A stretch of 64,000 bases of DNA. It comes from an uncultured beta proteobacterium. GTDB lineage: Bacteria; Pseudomonadota; Gammaproteobacteria; Burkholderiales; SG8-41. Positions 41,643 to 52,894 of this stretch are shown in pieces. The stretch lies in NCBI GenBank assembly GCA_963734595.1, contig CAVTHV010000016.1:84519-148518 (forward strand). The letters run 5' to 3'. Position numbers and translations under genes: made by a program. The notes beneath the pieces are model-generated. The model saw nothing but the letters and a program-made list of their open reading frames with translations. It was not told the origin of the DNA and did no database searches. Within the stretch, counting starts at the first letter, position 1. Every line of letters starts with the position of its first letter.

Positions 41643-43678
41643 GTGGGACAGGAATCGATGTTGCAAGCCGGCTTGACACGCGCGTTGCCTGTGGAAATTC
41701 TGAAGCGCGACGGCAGCCGCAAGCCTTTCGATGCCGGCAAGATCCTGTCGGCCGTCACGCGCGCCGGCGCCGCCAGCGGCGAGTTCGATCCCGAAGAGGC
41801 GCGGGCGGTGACGGACGCGGCGCTCAAGGTGATCGCGCATCGCTACGCCGCGCGCACCCCCGACATCGAGGCGATCCAGGACATCGTCGAGCAGGCGCTG
41901 ATCGCCGCCGACTTCGTCACCACCGCGCGCGCCTATATCGTCTACCGCGAAAAGCACAAGCAGTTGCGCGCCGACCGCAAGACGCTGATGGACGTCGCCA
42001 CCTCGATCAACGAGTACCTCGATCAGCAGGACTGGCGCGTCAACGCCAATGCCAACCAGGGCTATTCGCTGGGCGGGCTGATCCTCAACATCTCCGGCAA
42101 GGTGGTGGCCAACTACTGGCTCTCCCACGTCTATCCGCCCGAGGTCGGCGCGGCGCACCGCGACGGCAGCATTCATATCCACGACCTCGACATGCTCGCC
42201 GGCTACTGCGCCGGCTGGTCGCTGCGCACGTTCCTGCACGAGGGCCTGAACGGCGTGCCCGGCAAGGTCGAGGCGAAGCCGCCGAAACACCTGACCAGCG
42301 CGGTGGGCCAGATCGTCAACTTCCTCGGCACGCTGCAGAACGAATGGGCCGGCGCGCAGGCGTTCTCGTCGTTCGACACCTACATGGCGCCGTTCATCCG
42401 CAAGGACCGGCTCGATTACGCCACCGTCAGGCAGTGCATCCAGGAGCTGATCTACAACCTCAACGTGCCCTCGCGCTGGGGCACGCAGACGCCGTTCACC
42501 AACCTGACCTTCGACTGGGTCTGCCCCGAAGACCTGCGCGAGCAGGTGCCGGTGATCGGCGGCGAGGAGATGCCGTTCACCTACGGCGAACTGCAGGCGG
42601 AGATGGACATGATCAACCGCGCCTACATCGAAGTGATGATGGCGGGCGACGCCAAGGGCCGCGTGTTCACGTTTCCGATCCCGACCTACAACATGACGCC
42701 GGACTTCGACTGGGACCATCCCAACAGCCGACATGCTGTTCGAGATGACGGCGAAATACGGCCTGCCCTATTTCCAGAACTTCATCAATTCGGATCTCAA
42801 GCCCAACATGGTGCGCTCGATGTGCTGCCGCCTGCAGCTCGATCTGCGCGAGCTCCTGAAGCGCGGCAACGGCCTGTTCGGCATCGCCGAGCAGACCGGG
42901 TCGCTCGGCGTGGTGACGCTGAATTGCGCGCGCCTGGGCTACCTGCACCGGGGCGACGAGGCGGCCCTGCTGGCGCGCGTCGACGAACTGATCGAGATCG
43001 CCAAGACCTGCCTCGAGATCAAGCGCAAGGTGATCCAGCGCCACATGGACAACGGGCTGTTCCCCTATACCAAGCGCTACCTGGGCACGCTGCGCAACCA
43101 CTTCTCCACCATCGGCGTGAACGGCATCAACGAAATGATCCGCAACTTCAGCGGCGACGCGCACGACATCACCAGCGAATGGGGCCACGCAGTTTGCCTG
43201 CCGGCTGCTCGACCACATCCGCTCGCGCATCGTCGGCTTCCAGGAGGAAACCGGGCACATGTACAACCTCGAGGCGACGCCGGCGGAAGGCACGACCTAC
43301 CGCTTCGCCAAGGAGGACAGAAAGCGCTTTCCCGGCATCCTGCAGGCGGGCACGAGCGACATGCCGTACTACACCAATTCCTCGCAGCTCCCGGTCGGCT
43401 TCACCGACGATCCGTTCGAAGCGCTCGAGCGCCAGGAAGAGCTGCAGCGCAAGTACACCGGCGGCACCGTGCTGCACCTTTACATGAGCGAGCGCGTGAG
43501 CTCCACCGCCGCCTGCAAGAAACTGGTGCGGCGCGCGCTCGAGCGCTTCGCCTTGCCCTATATCACCATCACGCCGACGTTCTCGATCTGCCCCAAACAC
43601 GGCTATCTTGAAGGCGAGCACAAATTCTGCCCCCGCTGCGACGACGACCTGATCGAGCGCAAACGGCGGGCGGCCTGA
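41643..43678 (+). CDS. nrdD: Anaerobic (class III) ribonucleoside-triphosphate reductase, with two internal apparent +1 frameshifts
   Basis: ATP-cone N-terminus (VEILKRDGSRKPFDAGKI), then NANANQGYSLGG, SMCCRL, NLEATPAEG and the Zn site CPKHG..CPRC. Frame breaks lie near 42728 and 43189. The glycyl-radical segment lies in the next ORF. Confidence 0.9.
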
Positions 43679-43700
43679 ACCAACCCAGAGGAGAAAACCC

Positions 43701-43892
43701 ATGAACGACATGACGCAGACGCAGTTTCTCGACACCACGATCACCCTCGACGACGCCGAGCGCCAGCTGTGCGAAGTCTGGACGCGCGTGATGGGCTACC
43801 ACCGCCCGGTATCCTCGTTCAACATCGGCAAGAAAGGCGAACATCACGAACGCTGCTTCTTCGTCGAGGGCAAGACCAGCCTTGCAACTTGA
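43701..43892 (+). CDS. 63-aa ORF carrying the class III RNR glycyl-radical motif; either a separate small protein or the displaced NrdD C-terminus
   Basis: EVWTRVMGYHRPVSSFNIGKKGEHHER matches the NrdD C-terminal radical loop. RBS gaggag lies 7 nt upstream. Its frame is +1 relative to the nrdD tail and is open back to 43653. Confidence 0.6.
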   Translation: MNDMTQTQFLDTTITLDDAERQLCEVWTRVMGYHRPVSSFNIGKKGEHHERCFFVEGKTSLAT

Positions 43893-44589
43893 TCCCGCCT
43901 GCAGCCTGCGCATCGGCGGCCTGACCGCGCTCTCGACCACCGACTATCCCGGCCAGCTCGCGGCGGTGGTCTTTTGCCAGGGCTGCCCGTGGCGCTGCGG
44001 CTATTGCCACAATCCGCACCTGCTGCCGCGGCGCGGCGAACAGGAAACCGCGTGGACCGACATCACGGCGTTTCTCGAGCGCCGCCGCGGCCTGCTCGAT
44101 GCGGTGGTGTTCAGCGGCGGCGAACCGACGCTGCACGCCGCCCTGCCGGCGGCGATATGCGCGGTAAAAAGCATGGGGTTCGCAGTCGGCCTGCACACCG
44201 CGGGCATTTACCCGCGCCGCCTGCGCGCGGTGCTGCCGTTCGTGGACTGGGTCGGCATGGACATCAAAGCGCCGTTCGACGACTACGCGCGCGTCACCGG
44301 CGTTGCGGGCAGCGGCGCGAGCGCGCGCGAAAGCATGCAGCTGGTGATGGCCAGCGGCGTCGCCCACGAATTCCGCACCACCGTGCACCCGTCCCTGCTG
44401 CCGGCGCCGGATCTGCTGGCGCTGACCGGGGAGCTGGTCGGCCTCGGGGTGCGCAATTTCGTGGTGCAGGAGTTCCGCGACCGCGGCTGCGCCAGGCCGG
44501 AGCTGACGGGCACGCCTTCCTATCTCACCGATGCGTTCTGCCGGCTGCTCGCGGGAATCCTGCCCGCCTTCAGCCTGCGCCGCGCCTGA
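43882..44589 (+). CDS. nrdG: Anaerobic ribonucleotide reductase activating protein (radical SAM)
   Basis: GGLTALSTTDYPGQLAAVVFCQGCPWRCGYCHNP. The TTG start is uncertain. Confidence 0.9.
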   Translation: MQLDPACSLRIGGLTALSTTDYPGQLAAVVFCQGCPWRCGYCHNPHLLPRRGEQETAWTDITAFLERRRGLLDAVVFSGGEPTLHAALPAAICAVKSMGFAVGLHTAGIYPRRLRAVLPFVDWVGMDIKAPFDDYARVTGVAGSGASARESMQLVMASGVAHEFRTTVHPSLLPAPDLLALTGELVGLGVRNFVVQEFRDRGCARPELTGTPSYLTDAFCRLLAGILPAFSLRRA

Positions 44590-44605
44590 CCTTACCGCAC
44601 GTTTT

Positions 44606-44619
44606 TTGATCCAGATCAG
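44606..44619. promoter_or_regulatory. FNR/Dnr-type box TTGATccagATCAg (one mismatch)
   Basis: Located ~80 bp upstream of the Dnr-like regulator gene. Confidence 0.5.
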
Positions 44620-44692
44620 ATCACGCCACCGGCCGTCGCGCTGATAATCGAACCTGCGCCGCATTTCCCCGCTGCGCGAGCAGACTCAATTT

Positions 44693-45382
44693 ATGTCGGC
44701 CAAACCGATCAGGATCCAGGACTTTCTCACCAATCTTCCGCTGTTCCGGCAGCTCGGCAGCGGCGATATCGACCGCATCGCGGAAGGCGCAACCGAAATC
44801 GATGCGCCGCGCGGCAGCATCCTCTTCCGGCGCGGCGACCCGTGCAACGGTTTTCATATCGTGATCTACGGCCAGGTCAAGCTTGCGCTGGAGGCGCCGC
44901 ATGGCCATGAAAGGGTCGTCGAGCTCGCAGGCCCCGGGAACAGTTTCGGTGAAGCGATGATGTTCCTGGAAAAACCCTACATGGTGACCGCCGAAACCCT
45001 CGCCGATACCAAGCTCCTGCACGTCGCGAGGGAAATGGTGTTCGCCGAAGTCGACTGCGATCCGCGCTTCGCGCGCCGCATGATCGCCGGGTTGAGCCAT
45101 CGCCTGCATCATCTGATTTCCGACTTCGAAATGGTCACGCTGCATTCGGGCACGCAGCGCGTGATCGGCTACCTGCTGCGCGATGCCACCGAAGACAGCC
45201 GCATATCGGAGCTGCAGGTGACGCTGCCGGCAAAAAAAAGCATCATCGCCTCGCACCTGAACCTCACGCCGGAACATTTCTCGCGCATCCTGCATGAACT
45301 GAGCGTGGCGGGCCTGATCAAAGTGTCGGGCCGCAACGTGGTCATCCTCGATATCGGGCGGCTGCGCACCCACGGCGGCTGA
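44693..45382 (+). CDS. Crp/Fnr family regulator lacking the FNR Cys cluster (Dnr/NnrR-like)
   Basis: cNMP-like domain and an HTH with the FNR-type recognition residues (IASHLNLTPEHFSRILHEL). No N-terminal C-X2-C-X5-C cluster. Confidence 0.8.
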   Translation: MSAKPIRIQDFLTNLPLFRQLGSGDIDRIAEGATEIDAPRGSILFRRGDPCNGFHIVIYGQVKLALEAPHGHERVVELAGPGNSFGEAMMFLEKPYMVTAETLADTKLLHVAREMVFAEVDCDPRFARRMIAGLSHRLHHLISDFEMVTLHSGTQRVIGYLLRDATEDSRISELQVTLPAKKSIIASHLNLTPEHFSRILHELSVAGLIKVSGRNVVILDIGRLRTHGG

Positions 45383-45521
45383 AGCAGCTGCCGTTGTGCG
45401 AAGCGCGCGGGGCCCCTCTCCATGCGCACGTTATTCGTTGTTTTTATTGGATATATTTTAATGCCCGCGCAAGCGGACGAAACGCCTGATAAAGAGTAAT
45501 CTCGACCTGCAGTGGCGATGA

Positions 45522-46841
<1,320 letters not shown>

Positions 46842-46844
46842 CGC

Positions 46845-46863
46845 GGCCGGCGGCACGCCGGCC
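46845..46863 (+). terminator. GC-rich hairpin after sqr (no U tract)
   Basis: 7-bp stem ggccggc/gccggcc with a 5-nt loop. Confidence 0.3.
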
Positions 46864-46874
46864 GGGCGGGTTCC

Positions 46875-46888
46875 TTGATGCATATCAA
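46875..46888. promoter_or_regulatory. FNR/Dnr-type box TTGATgcatATCAA
   Basis: Perfect consensus palindrome ~90 bp upstream of ubiU. Confidence 0.65.
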
Positions 46889-46973
46889 TGTTGACGGTCC
46901 GTCGATCGGGCATAGTAATCCGCTGACGTGACCCTCACCGCGGCGCATCTGCGCCGGCGGATAAATTCAGCCA

Positions 46974-47987
46974 ATGCCGCCAAACCCTCGCATCGAACTG
47001 GTGTGCCCTGCCGGCAGCCTGACCGCGCTCAAGGCCGCCGTCGACAACGGCGCGGACTGCGTCTACATCGGCCTGCGTGACAACACCAACGCGCGCAACT
47101 TCGCCGGGCTCAACTTCGACCGCGCGGCCGCGGACGCGGGCGTGCGCTACGCCCATGCCCGCGGCGCCAAAGTCCTGCTCGCGATCAACACCTACCCGCA
47201 GCCCGATGGCTGGGAGCGCTGGACCCGCGCGGTGGATACCGCCGCCGCCGTCGGCATCGACGCGGTGATCGTCGCCGATCCCGGTCTGATGGAATATGCG
47301 GCACGCACCTACCCCCAGCTGCGGCTGCATCTCTCGGTGCAGGGCTCGGCCACCAATTACGAGGCGATCAATTTCTATCACCGCCATTTCAACGTGCAGC
47401 GCGCGGTCCTGCCGCGCGTGCTGTCGCTGGCGCAGGTGAAAACCCTTGCCGCGAACACGCCGGTCGAAATCGAGGTCTTCGGCTTCGGCAGCCTGTGCGT
47501 GATGGTCGAGGGCCGCTGCGCGCTGTCCTCCTACGCCACCGGCGATTCGCCCAACACCACCGGCGTGTGCTCGCCGGCGAAGGCGGTGCGCTGGCAGGAC
47601 ACGGCACAGGGCCTCGAGTCGCGCCTCAACGGCGTGCTGATCGACCGCTATGCCCAGGGCGAGAACGCCGCGTACCCGACGCTGTGCAAGGGCCGCTTCG
47701 AAGTCGGCGGCGACACCTATTACGCGATCGAGGAACCGGCGAGCCTCAACACGCTGGAACTGCTTCCCCAGCTGCTGGAAATCGGCGTCGCCGCGATCAA
47801 GATCGAAGGCCGCCAGCGCAGCCCGGCCTATGTGGCCCAGGTTACAAAGGTATGGCGGCAGGCGATCGACCGCTGCTGCGAAGAAGCCGCGCGCTATGCC
47901 GTGCGCCCGGAATGGGACCTCGCGTTGCGCCGCGTTTCCGAGGGCCAGAGCCAGACGCTCGGCGCCTATCACCGCCCGTGGAAATGA
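46974..47987 (+). CDS. ubiU: U32-family O2-independent ubiquinone hydroxylase subunit UbiU
   Basis: Collinear resemblance to E. coli YhbU as I recall it: [49 protein letters not shown]. Confidence 0.85.
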   Translation: MPPNPRIELVCPAGSLTALKAAVDNGADCVYIGLRDNTNARNFAGLNFDRAAADAGVRYAHARGAKVLLAINTYPQPDGWERWTRAVDTAAAVGIDAVIVADPGLMEYAARTYPQLRLHLSVQGSATNYEAINFYHRHFNVQRAVLPRVLSLAQVKTLAANTPVEIEVFGFGSLCVMVEGRCALSSYATGDSPNTTGVCSPAKAVRWQDTAQGLESRLNGVLIDRYAQGENAAYPTLCKGRFEVGGDTYYAIEEPASLNTLELLPQLLEIGVAAIKIEGRQRSPAYVAQVTKVWRQAIDRCCEEAARYAVRPEWDLALRRVSEGQSQTLGAYHRPWK

Positions 47988-47988
47988 G

Positions 47989-48882
47989 ATGAAGCTCGCG
48001 CTGGGACCGCTTCTTTACTACTGGCCGCGCGAACGGACGCTGGAGTTCTATGCCGCCGTCGCGGCGGCGCCGGTGGACATCGTCTATCTCGGCGAGGTCG
48101 TGTGCTCGCGGCGCCACGAGCTGCGCCTGCCCGACTGGCTCGAAATCGCCGAACAGCTCGCCGCGGCCGGCAAGGAAGTGGTGTTGTCGACGCAGGCGCT
48201 GATCGAATCCGAATCCGATCTGAAGACGCTGCGCCGCATCGCCGCCAACGGGCGTTTCATGGTCGAAGCCAACGACATGGGCGCCGTCTCGCTGATGGCG
48301 GGCGCCCCCTTCGTCGCGAGTCCGCACCTGAACGTGTTCAACCCGCGCACGCTCGCCTTCCTCGCCACGCTCGGCGCGACGCGCTGGGTGGCGCCGCTCG
48401 AAATGTCGCGGACGGCGCTCGCCGCCATGCAGCGCGAACGGCCCGCGGGCATGGCGACCGAGTACTTCGGCTACGGCCGCCTGCCGCTCGCGTTCTCCGC
48501 GCGCTGCTTCACCGCCCGCTACCACAACCTGCAGAAAGACAGCTGCGAGTTCCGCTGTATCGATTACCCGGACGGGCTGGGGCTCAACACCCGCGAGGGC
48601 CAGCCTTTCCTGGTCTTCAACGGCATCCAGACGCAGTCCGCGCAGATCCAGAACCTCATCCGCGATCTCGACACGCTGGCGCAAGCCGGTGTCGACGTGC
48701 TGCGCATCAGCCCGCAGTCGGCGCACACGCTCGAGATCGCCGCGCTGTTCCGGCAATGCCTGGAGCGGTCGGTCGATACCGACGCGGCGGCGCGGCAGAT
48801 CGAAAGCCTGATGCCCGCTCGCGCGTGCAACGGCTACTGGCATGGCAAGCCGGGGCTCGAACAGGTCGTCGCGCAGGCCTGA
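47989..48882 (+). CDS. ubiV: U32-family O2-independent ubiquinone hydroxylase subunit UbiV
   Basis: [39 protein letters not shown] and CNGYW. Starts 1 nt after the ubiU stop. Confidence 0.85.
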   Translation: MKLALGPLLYYWPRERTLEFYAAVAAAPVDIVYLGEVVCSRRHELRLPDWLEIAEQLAAAGKEVVLSTQALIESESDLKTLRRIAANGRFMVEANDMGAVSLMAGAPFVASPHLNVFNPRTLAFLATLGATRWVAPLEMSRTALAAMQRERPAGMATEYFGYGRLPLAFSARCFTARYHNLQKDSCEFRCIDYPDGLGLNTREGQPFLVFNGIQTQSAQIQNLIRDLDTLAQAGVDVLRISPQSAHTLEIAALFRQCLERSVDTDAAARQIESLMPARACNGYWHGKPGLEQVVAQA

Positions 48883-48888
48883 TCAATC

Positions 48889-49506
48889 ATGTACTACGGC
48901 GAGCGACTCAACGGCGTCACCCATCTGATGGGAGCGGTGCTTGCGGCGGCAGGCGCCGCGGCGCTGGTCGTGCTCGCCGCCCGCCAGGGCGATCCGTGGA
49001 AAATCGTCAGCTTCAGCATTTACGGCGCCATGCTGTTCGGGCTCTATGCCGTGTCGACGCTGTACCACAGCACCCGCGGCAGGGTGAAAGACGTGTTCCG
49101 GAAACTGGACCACTGTTCGATTTACCTGCTGATCGCGGGCACCTACACGCCGTTCACCCTGGTCACGCTGCGCGGCGCCTGGGGCTGGTCGCTGTTCGGC
49201 GTGATCTGGGGACTGGCGGCCGTCGGCATCACCCAGGAAGCATGGCTGGCCAAAGGCGCCCGGATTTTTTCTCTGGTCATTTATGTGCTGATGGGCTGGC
49301 TCGCCGTGATCGCGGTCGGGCCGCTGGTTGCGGCATTGACGCCCGCGGGGTTCGCCTGGCTGGCCGCGGGCGGCCTGCTTTATACCGGCGGCATCGTGTT
49401 CTACGCGCTCGACGAGAAGCTGCGCCACGGCCACGGCGTCTGGCATCTGTTCGTGCTGGCCGGCAGCATCAGCCACTATCTCGCGATCCTGCTTTACGTG
49501 GCCTAG
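48889..49506 (+). CDS. Hemolysin III / PAQR family membrane protein
   Basis: 7-TM protein with YHSTRG, LDHCSIYLLIAGTYTPF and HLFVLAGS motifs. Confidence 0.8.
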   Translation: MYYGERLNGVTHLMGAVLAAAGAAALVVLAARQGDPWKIVSFSIYGAMLFGLYAVSTLYHSTRGRVKDVFRKLDHCSIYLLIAGTYTPFTLVTLRGAWGWSLFGVIWGLAAVGITQEAWLAKGARIFSLVIYVLMGWLAVIAVGPLVAALTPAGFAWLAAGGLLYTGGIVFYALDEKLRHGHGVWHLFVLAGSISHYLAILLYVA

Positions 49507-49516
49507 GAGGAATCCC

Positions 49517-51148
49517 ATGAACAACAGCACGAATCCGCGCATCCCGGTCGACATCGTCGATACCGGCCTTGCCGGCGGCCTCCAGAATGTCGCCGTCGAC
49601 CGCGCCGCGCTGGAACTGCGCGCGCAGGGCCACGGCGGCGGCGTGCTGCGGTTTTACCGCAGCCATCCGACCGCGAGCATCGGCCGCCACCAGGCGCTCG
49701 CCCGCGAACTGCGCCTCGATTACTGCCGCCGGCACGGCATCGAGGTGGCGCGTCGCGCGACCAGCGGCGGCGCACTCTATCTCGATCCCGGCCAGCTCGG
49801 CTTCAGCCTGATCATCCGGCAGCCCGCAGAATGGCGCGCGCTTGCACTGCCGCGGATCCTCGAACTCGGCAGCGCTGCGGTGGCCGCGGGGCTCCGGCGG
49901 CTCGGCATCGCCGCCGCGGTCAAATCCCCCAACGACATCGAAGTCGGCGGCAGAAAAATCGCCTCGGTGTTTTCGACGCGTCACGGCGACGCCCTGCTGT
50001 TGCATGGCAGCGTGCTGCTCGATGCCGATATCGCGGCCATGCTCAAGGCGTTGCGGGTGCCGACCGAGAAACTTTCTCCCGACGGCCTCGCCGCTGCGCG
50101 GGAGCGGCTGACCACGGTAAACGCGTTGTGCGCAAACCGGCTGTCACACGCGGACCTCAAGGCCGCGTTGATGGAAGGTTTCGCCGCGAAATTCGGTCTG
50201 GAACTGCGCGGCAACGGCGGCACCGGGCGCCCCGAGCCGCTCCCGCCCGCGCAGATTGCCGCGGAGCGGGCACTGGCGCACTCCATCGTCTGGGACGACG
50301 GCGGTGATCGCAAAATCGAAGCGCTGGTCAGGCCCGCCGGCGGCACGCTGCGCGCGCGCGCCGCTTTCACTCCGTTTGACGCCTGCCTGCAGGGCGTCGA
50401 GTTCGCCGCCGGGCTCCAGGTCGAACCGGCGGATTTCTTCACCGGACTGGAGCGCGCGCTCGAAGGGGTGCCCCTGTCGCAGATCGGCGAGCGCGTCGCC
50501 GGATTCATGCGACGCCATCCTCCCGACGCAGTCGGCTTCGGCGCTGCGGACATCGAGCAACTGCTGCTGCAACTCGCCGACAAGCACCGCTTCGCGCAGC
50601 GCAGCGGCCTCGGCATTGCCGGCGTCAATGCATTGATGCCGTACGCGCCCGCAGCCGGAATCGATTCCGCCGCGCTGCTTGCGAAGGCGAGCGTGATGCT
50701 GGTGCCGTATTGCGCCAAACCCGTCTGGTGCGCGTGGCGCCAGCGCGACGGCTGCGACGAATGCGGCCTGTGCGAGGTCGGTGCTGCCTACGCGCTCGCG
50801 CGGGACCGCAATATGCAGGTCACCACCATCACCGATTACGAGCATCTGGAGGCAACGCTCGCCGGACTGAAAGCGCGGGGGGTCGAGGCCTATGTCGGGA
50901 TGTGCTGCAGCAACTTCTTCATCAAACGCTACCGCGCCTTTGCCGAGGCCGGCGTGCCGGCGCTGCTGATGGACACCAGCGGCGCGAACTGTTACGAACT
51001 GCAGCAGGAAGAAGAGGCCTACAGCGGAACCTTCAGGGCCCAGGCGCGGCTCGACACGGCACTGCTGACGCAAGTCATGCAATTCGTGCCGCGCCGGCCG
51101 GCGGTGCCGGATGAAACGAGGAACCATGAATCTGCCCCCGTTTCCTGA
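49517..51148 (+). CDS. Lipoate-protein ligase-like (BPL/LplA/LipB) domain fused to a Cys-rich DUF116-like domain
   Basis: The N-terminal half has RRATSGGALYLDPGQL and NDIEVGGRKIASV. The C-terminal ~170 aa has CAKPVWCAWRQRDGCDECGLCEV and YVGMCCSNFF. Confidence 0.6.
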   Translation: MNNSTNPRIPVDIVDTGLAGGLQNVAVDRAALELRAQGHGGGVLRFYRSHPTASIGRHQALARELRLDYCRRHGIEVARRATSGGALYLDPGQLGFSLIIRQPAEWRALALPRILELGSAAVAAGLRRLGIAAAVKSPNDIEVGGRKIASVFSTRHGDALLLHGSVLLDADIAAMLKALRVPTEKLSPDGLAAARERLTTVNALCANRLSHADLKAALMEGFAAKFGLELRGNGGTGRPEPLPPAQIAAERALAHSIVWDDGGDRKIEALVRPAGGTLRARAAFTPFDACLQGVEFAAGLQVEPADFFTGLERALEGVPLSQIGERVAGFMRRHPPDAVGFGAADIEQLLLQLADKHRFAQRSGLGIAGVNALMPYAPAAGIDSAALLAKASVMLVPYCAKPVWCAWRQRDGCDECGLCEVGAAYALARDRNMQVTTITDYEHLEATLAGLKARGVEAYVGMCCSNFFIKRYRAFAEAGVPALLMDTSGANCYELQQEEEAYSGTFRAQARLDTALLTQVMQFVPRRPAVPDETRNHESAPVS

Positions 51149-51629
51149 ACCCCTGCGCGCCGTGCTCGCCCGGTTGCCGCATTACCCCGCTTCGGCCGCG
51201 TTCTCCGTGCTGCTCACGCTGTGGCTCGGAGAGCACCTCGGCGCCGCGGCGCTGCCCGAGCTCGCCGGCAAAAGAATCAGGATCCGGATCAGCGATATGG
51301 GCATCACGCTGCTCTTCCGGGCGGCACCCGATGGTTTTGTCCCGTGCGGCGAAGGCGAAGCCGACCTGACGCTCGCGGCGACCGCACAGGATTTCCTCTC
51401 GCTCGCCCAGCGCCGCGAGGATCCCGACACGCTGTTCTTCAGCCGGCGGCTGGTCATGGAAGGCGATACCGAGTTGGGGCTGCTGGTCAAAAACACGCTC
51501 GACGCGCTCGATCCGGCAGCGCTGCACCTCAGGCTGCCGGAGCCGGCTGCGATGCTCAGGCTGCTCAAGCTGGCGCTGCGCGATCGCTGGCCGGGCACCA
51601 CGGCGCCGTCGTCGACGCTGAAGACCTGA
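51126..51629 (+). CDS. ubiT: SCP2-domain ubiquinone biosynthesis accessory factor UbiT
   Basis: REDPDTLFFSRRLVMEGDTELGLLVKNTLDAL matches the YhbT/UbiT signature. An alternative start lies at 51111. Confidence 0.8.
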   Translation: MNLPPFPEPLRAVLARLPHYPASAAFSVLLTLWLGEHLGAAALPELAGKRIRIRISDMGITLLFRAAPDGFVPCGEGEADLTLAATAQDFLSLAQRREDPDTLFFSRRLVMEGDTELGLLVKNTLDALDPAALHLRLPEPAAMLRLLKLALRDRWPGTTAPSSTLKT

Positions 51630-51643
51630 TTGCCGTCGCCTTC

Positions 51644-52807
51644 ATGCCGTTCCCGGAATTTCCGCGCTGGACACTGAAAGGCCGTTCCCTGCTGCCCATC
51701 GTGCAGGGCGGCATGGGCGTCGGGATTTCCGCGCACCGGCTGGCCGGCAACGTCGCGCGGCTGGGCGCCGTGGGCACGATTTCCAGCGTCGATCTGCGGC
51801 ATCATCATCCCGACCTGCTCGAACAAACCGCGCATTGCCGCGACAAGGACGCGCTCGACCGGATCAACCGGGTGGCGCTCGACCGGGAAATCCGGATGGC
51901 GCTGGAGATCGCCGCAGACGGCGGGGCCATCGCGGTCAACGTGATGAAAGCGGTCGCCGATTATGCGGCACACGTGCGCCAGTCGTGCGAAAGCGGCGCG
52001 CATGCGATCGTGATGGGCGCCGGGCTGCCGTTCGATTTGCCGGAACTCGCCCGGGATTTTCCCCGGGTCGCGCTGATCCCGATCCTGTCCGACGCGCGCG
52101 GGGTCGGCATCGTGCTCAAAAAATGGCTGCGCAAAAACCGCCTGCCCGACGCCATCGTCATCGAGCATCCGCGCTATGCCGGCGGCCACCTCGGCGCCAC
52201 GCGGCCGGAAGACATCGCCGATCCGCGCTTCGATTTCGAACCGGTGCTGGAAGGCATTTTCAGGCTGCTGCGCGAACTCGGCATCGAGCGCGAGCGCGTG
52301 CCGCTGATTCCCGCCGGCGGCATCAACAGCCACGACAAAGTGCGCGCGCTGCTCGCGCTCGGCGCGGCCGCGGTCCAGATCGGCACGCCGTTTGCCGTGA
52401 CCGAGGAAGGCGACGCGCATCCCAATTTCAAACAGGTGCTGGCGGCGGCCAGGCCGGAAGACATCGTCACCTTCATGAGCGCCGCCGGCCTGCCGGCGCG
52501 CGCGGTATTGACGCCGTGGCTGAAAAATTATCTGGGCCGCGAAAAAGCGCTGCAGTCCCATGCAAAGGCCGATCCGCGCCGCTGCGTGCAGAAACTGAAC
52601 TGCCTGACGCTGTGCGGACTGCGCGACGGCATCGCCGGCATCGGCCAGTTCTGCATCGATTCGCGGCTCGCGTTCGCCCTCAGGGGCGACGTCAAAAAGG
52701 GATTGTTTTTCAGGGGCTCCGAAAGCCTGCCGTTCGGCACCGCGATCCGGCCGGTGGCCGAGCTGCTCGATTATTTCCTGACCGGCAAAATGTCCGCTTC
52801 GGGTTGA
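51644..52807 (+). CDS. Nitronate monooxygenase / YrpB-like NAD(P)H-dependent flavin oxidoreductase
   Basis: PIVQGGMGVGIS, VMGAGLP, PAGGI and VQIGTPF, which are TIM-barrel FMN motifs. Confidence 0.75.
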   Translation: MPFPEFPRWTLKGRSLLPIVQGGMGVGISAHRLAGNVARLGAVGTISSVDLRHHHPDLLEQTAHCRDKDALDRINRVALDREIRMALEIAADGGAIAVNVMKAVADYAAHVRQSCESGAHAIVMGAGLPFDLPELARDFPRVALIPILSDARGVGIVLKKWLRKNRLPDAIVIEHPRYAGGHLGATRPEDIADPRFDFEPVLEGIFRLLRELGIERERVPLIPAGGINSHDKVRALLALGAAAVQIGTPFAVTEEGDAHPNFKQVLAAARPEDIVTFMSAAGLPARAVLTPWLKNYLGREKALQSHAKADPRRCVQKLNCLTLCGLRDGIAGIGQFCIDSRLAFALRGDVKKGLFFRGSESLPFGTAIRPVAELLDYFLTGKMSASG

Positions 52808-52894
52808 GGCGGATGGCCGGGACGGGCGCGATCCGCGCGCGCCTGATAAAATCGGCGACTGACGCGATACGGCGGGACTTCACACCGGCACGGC

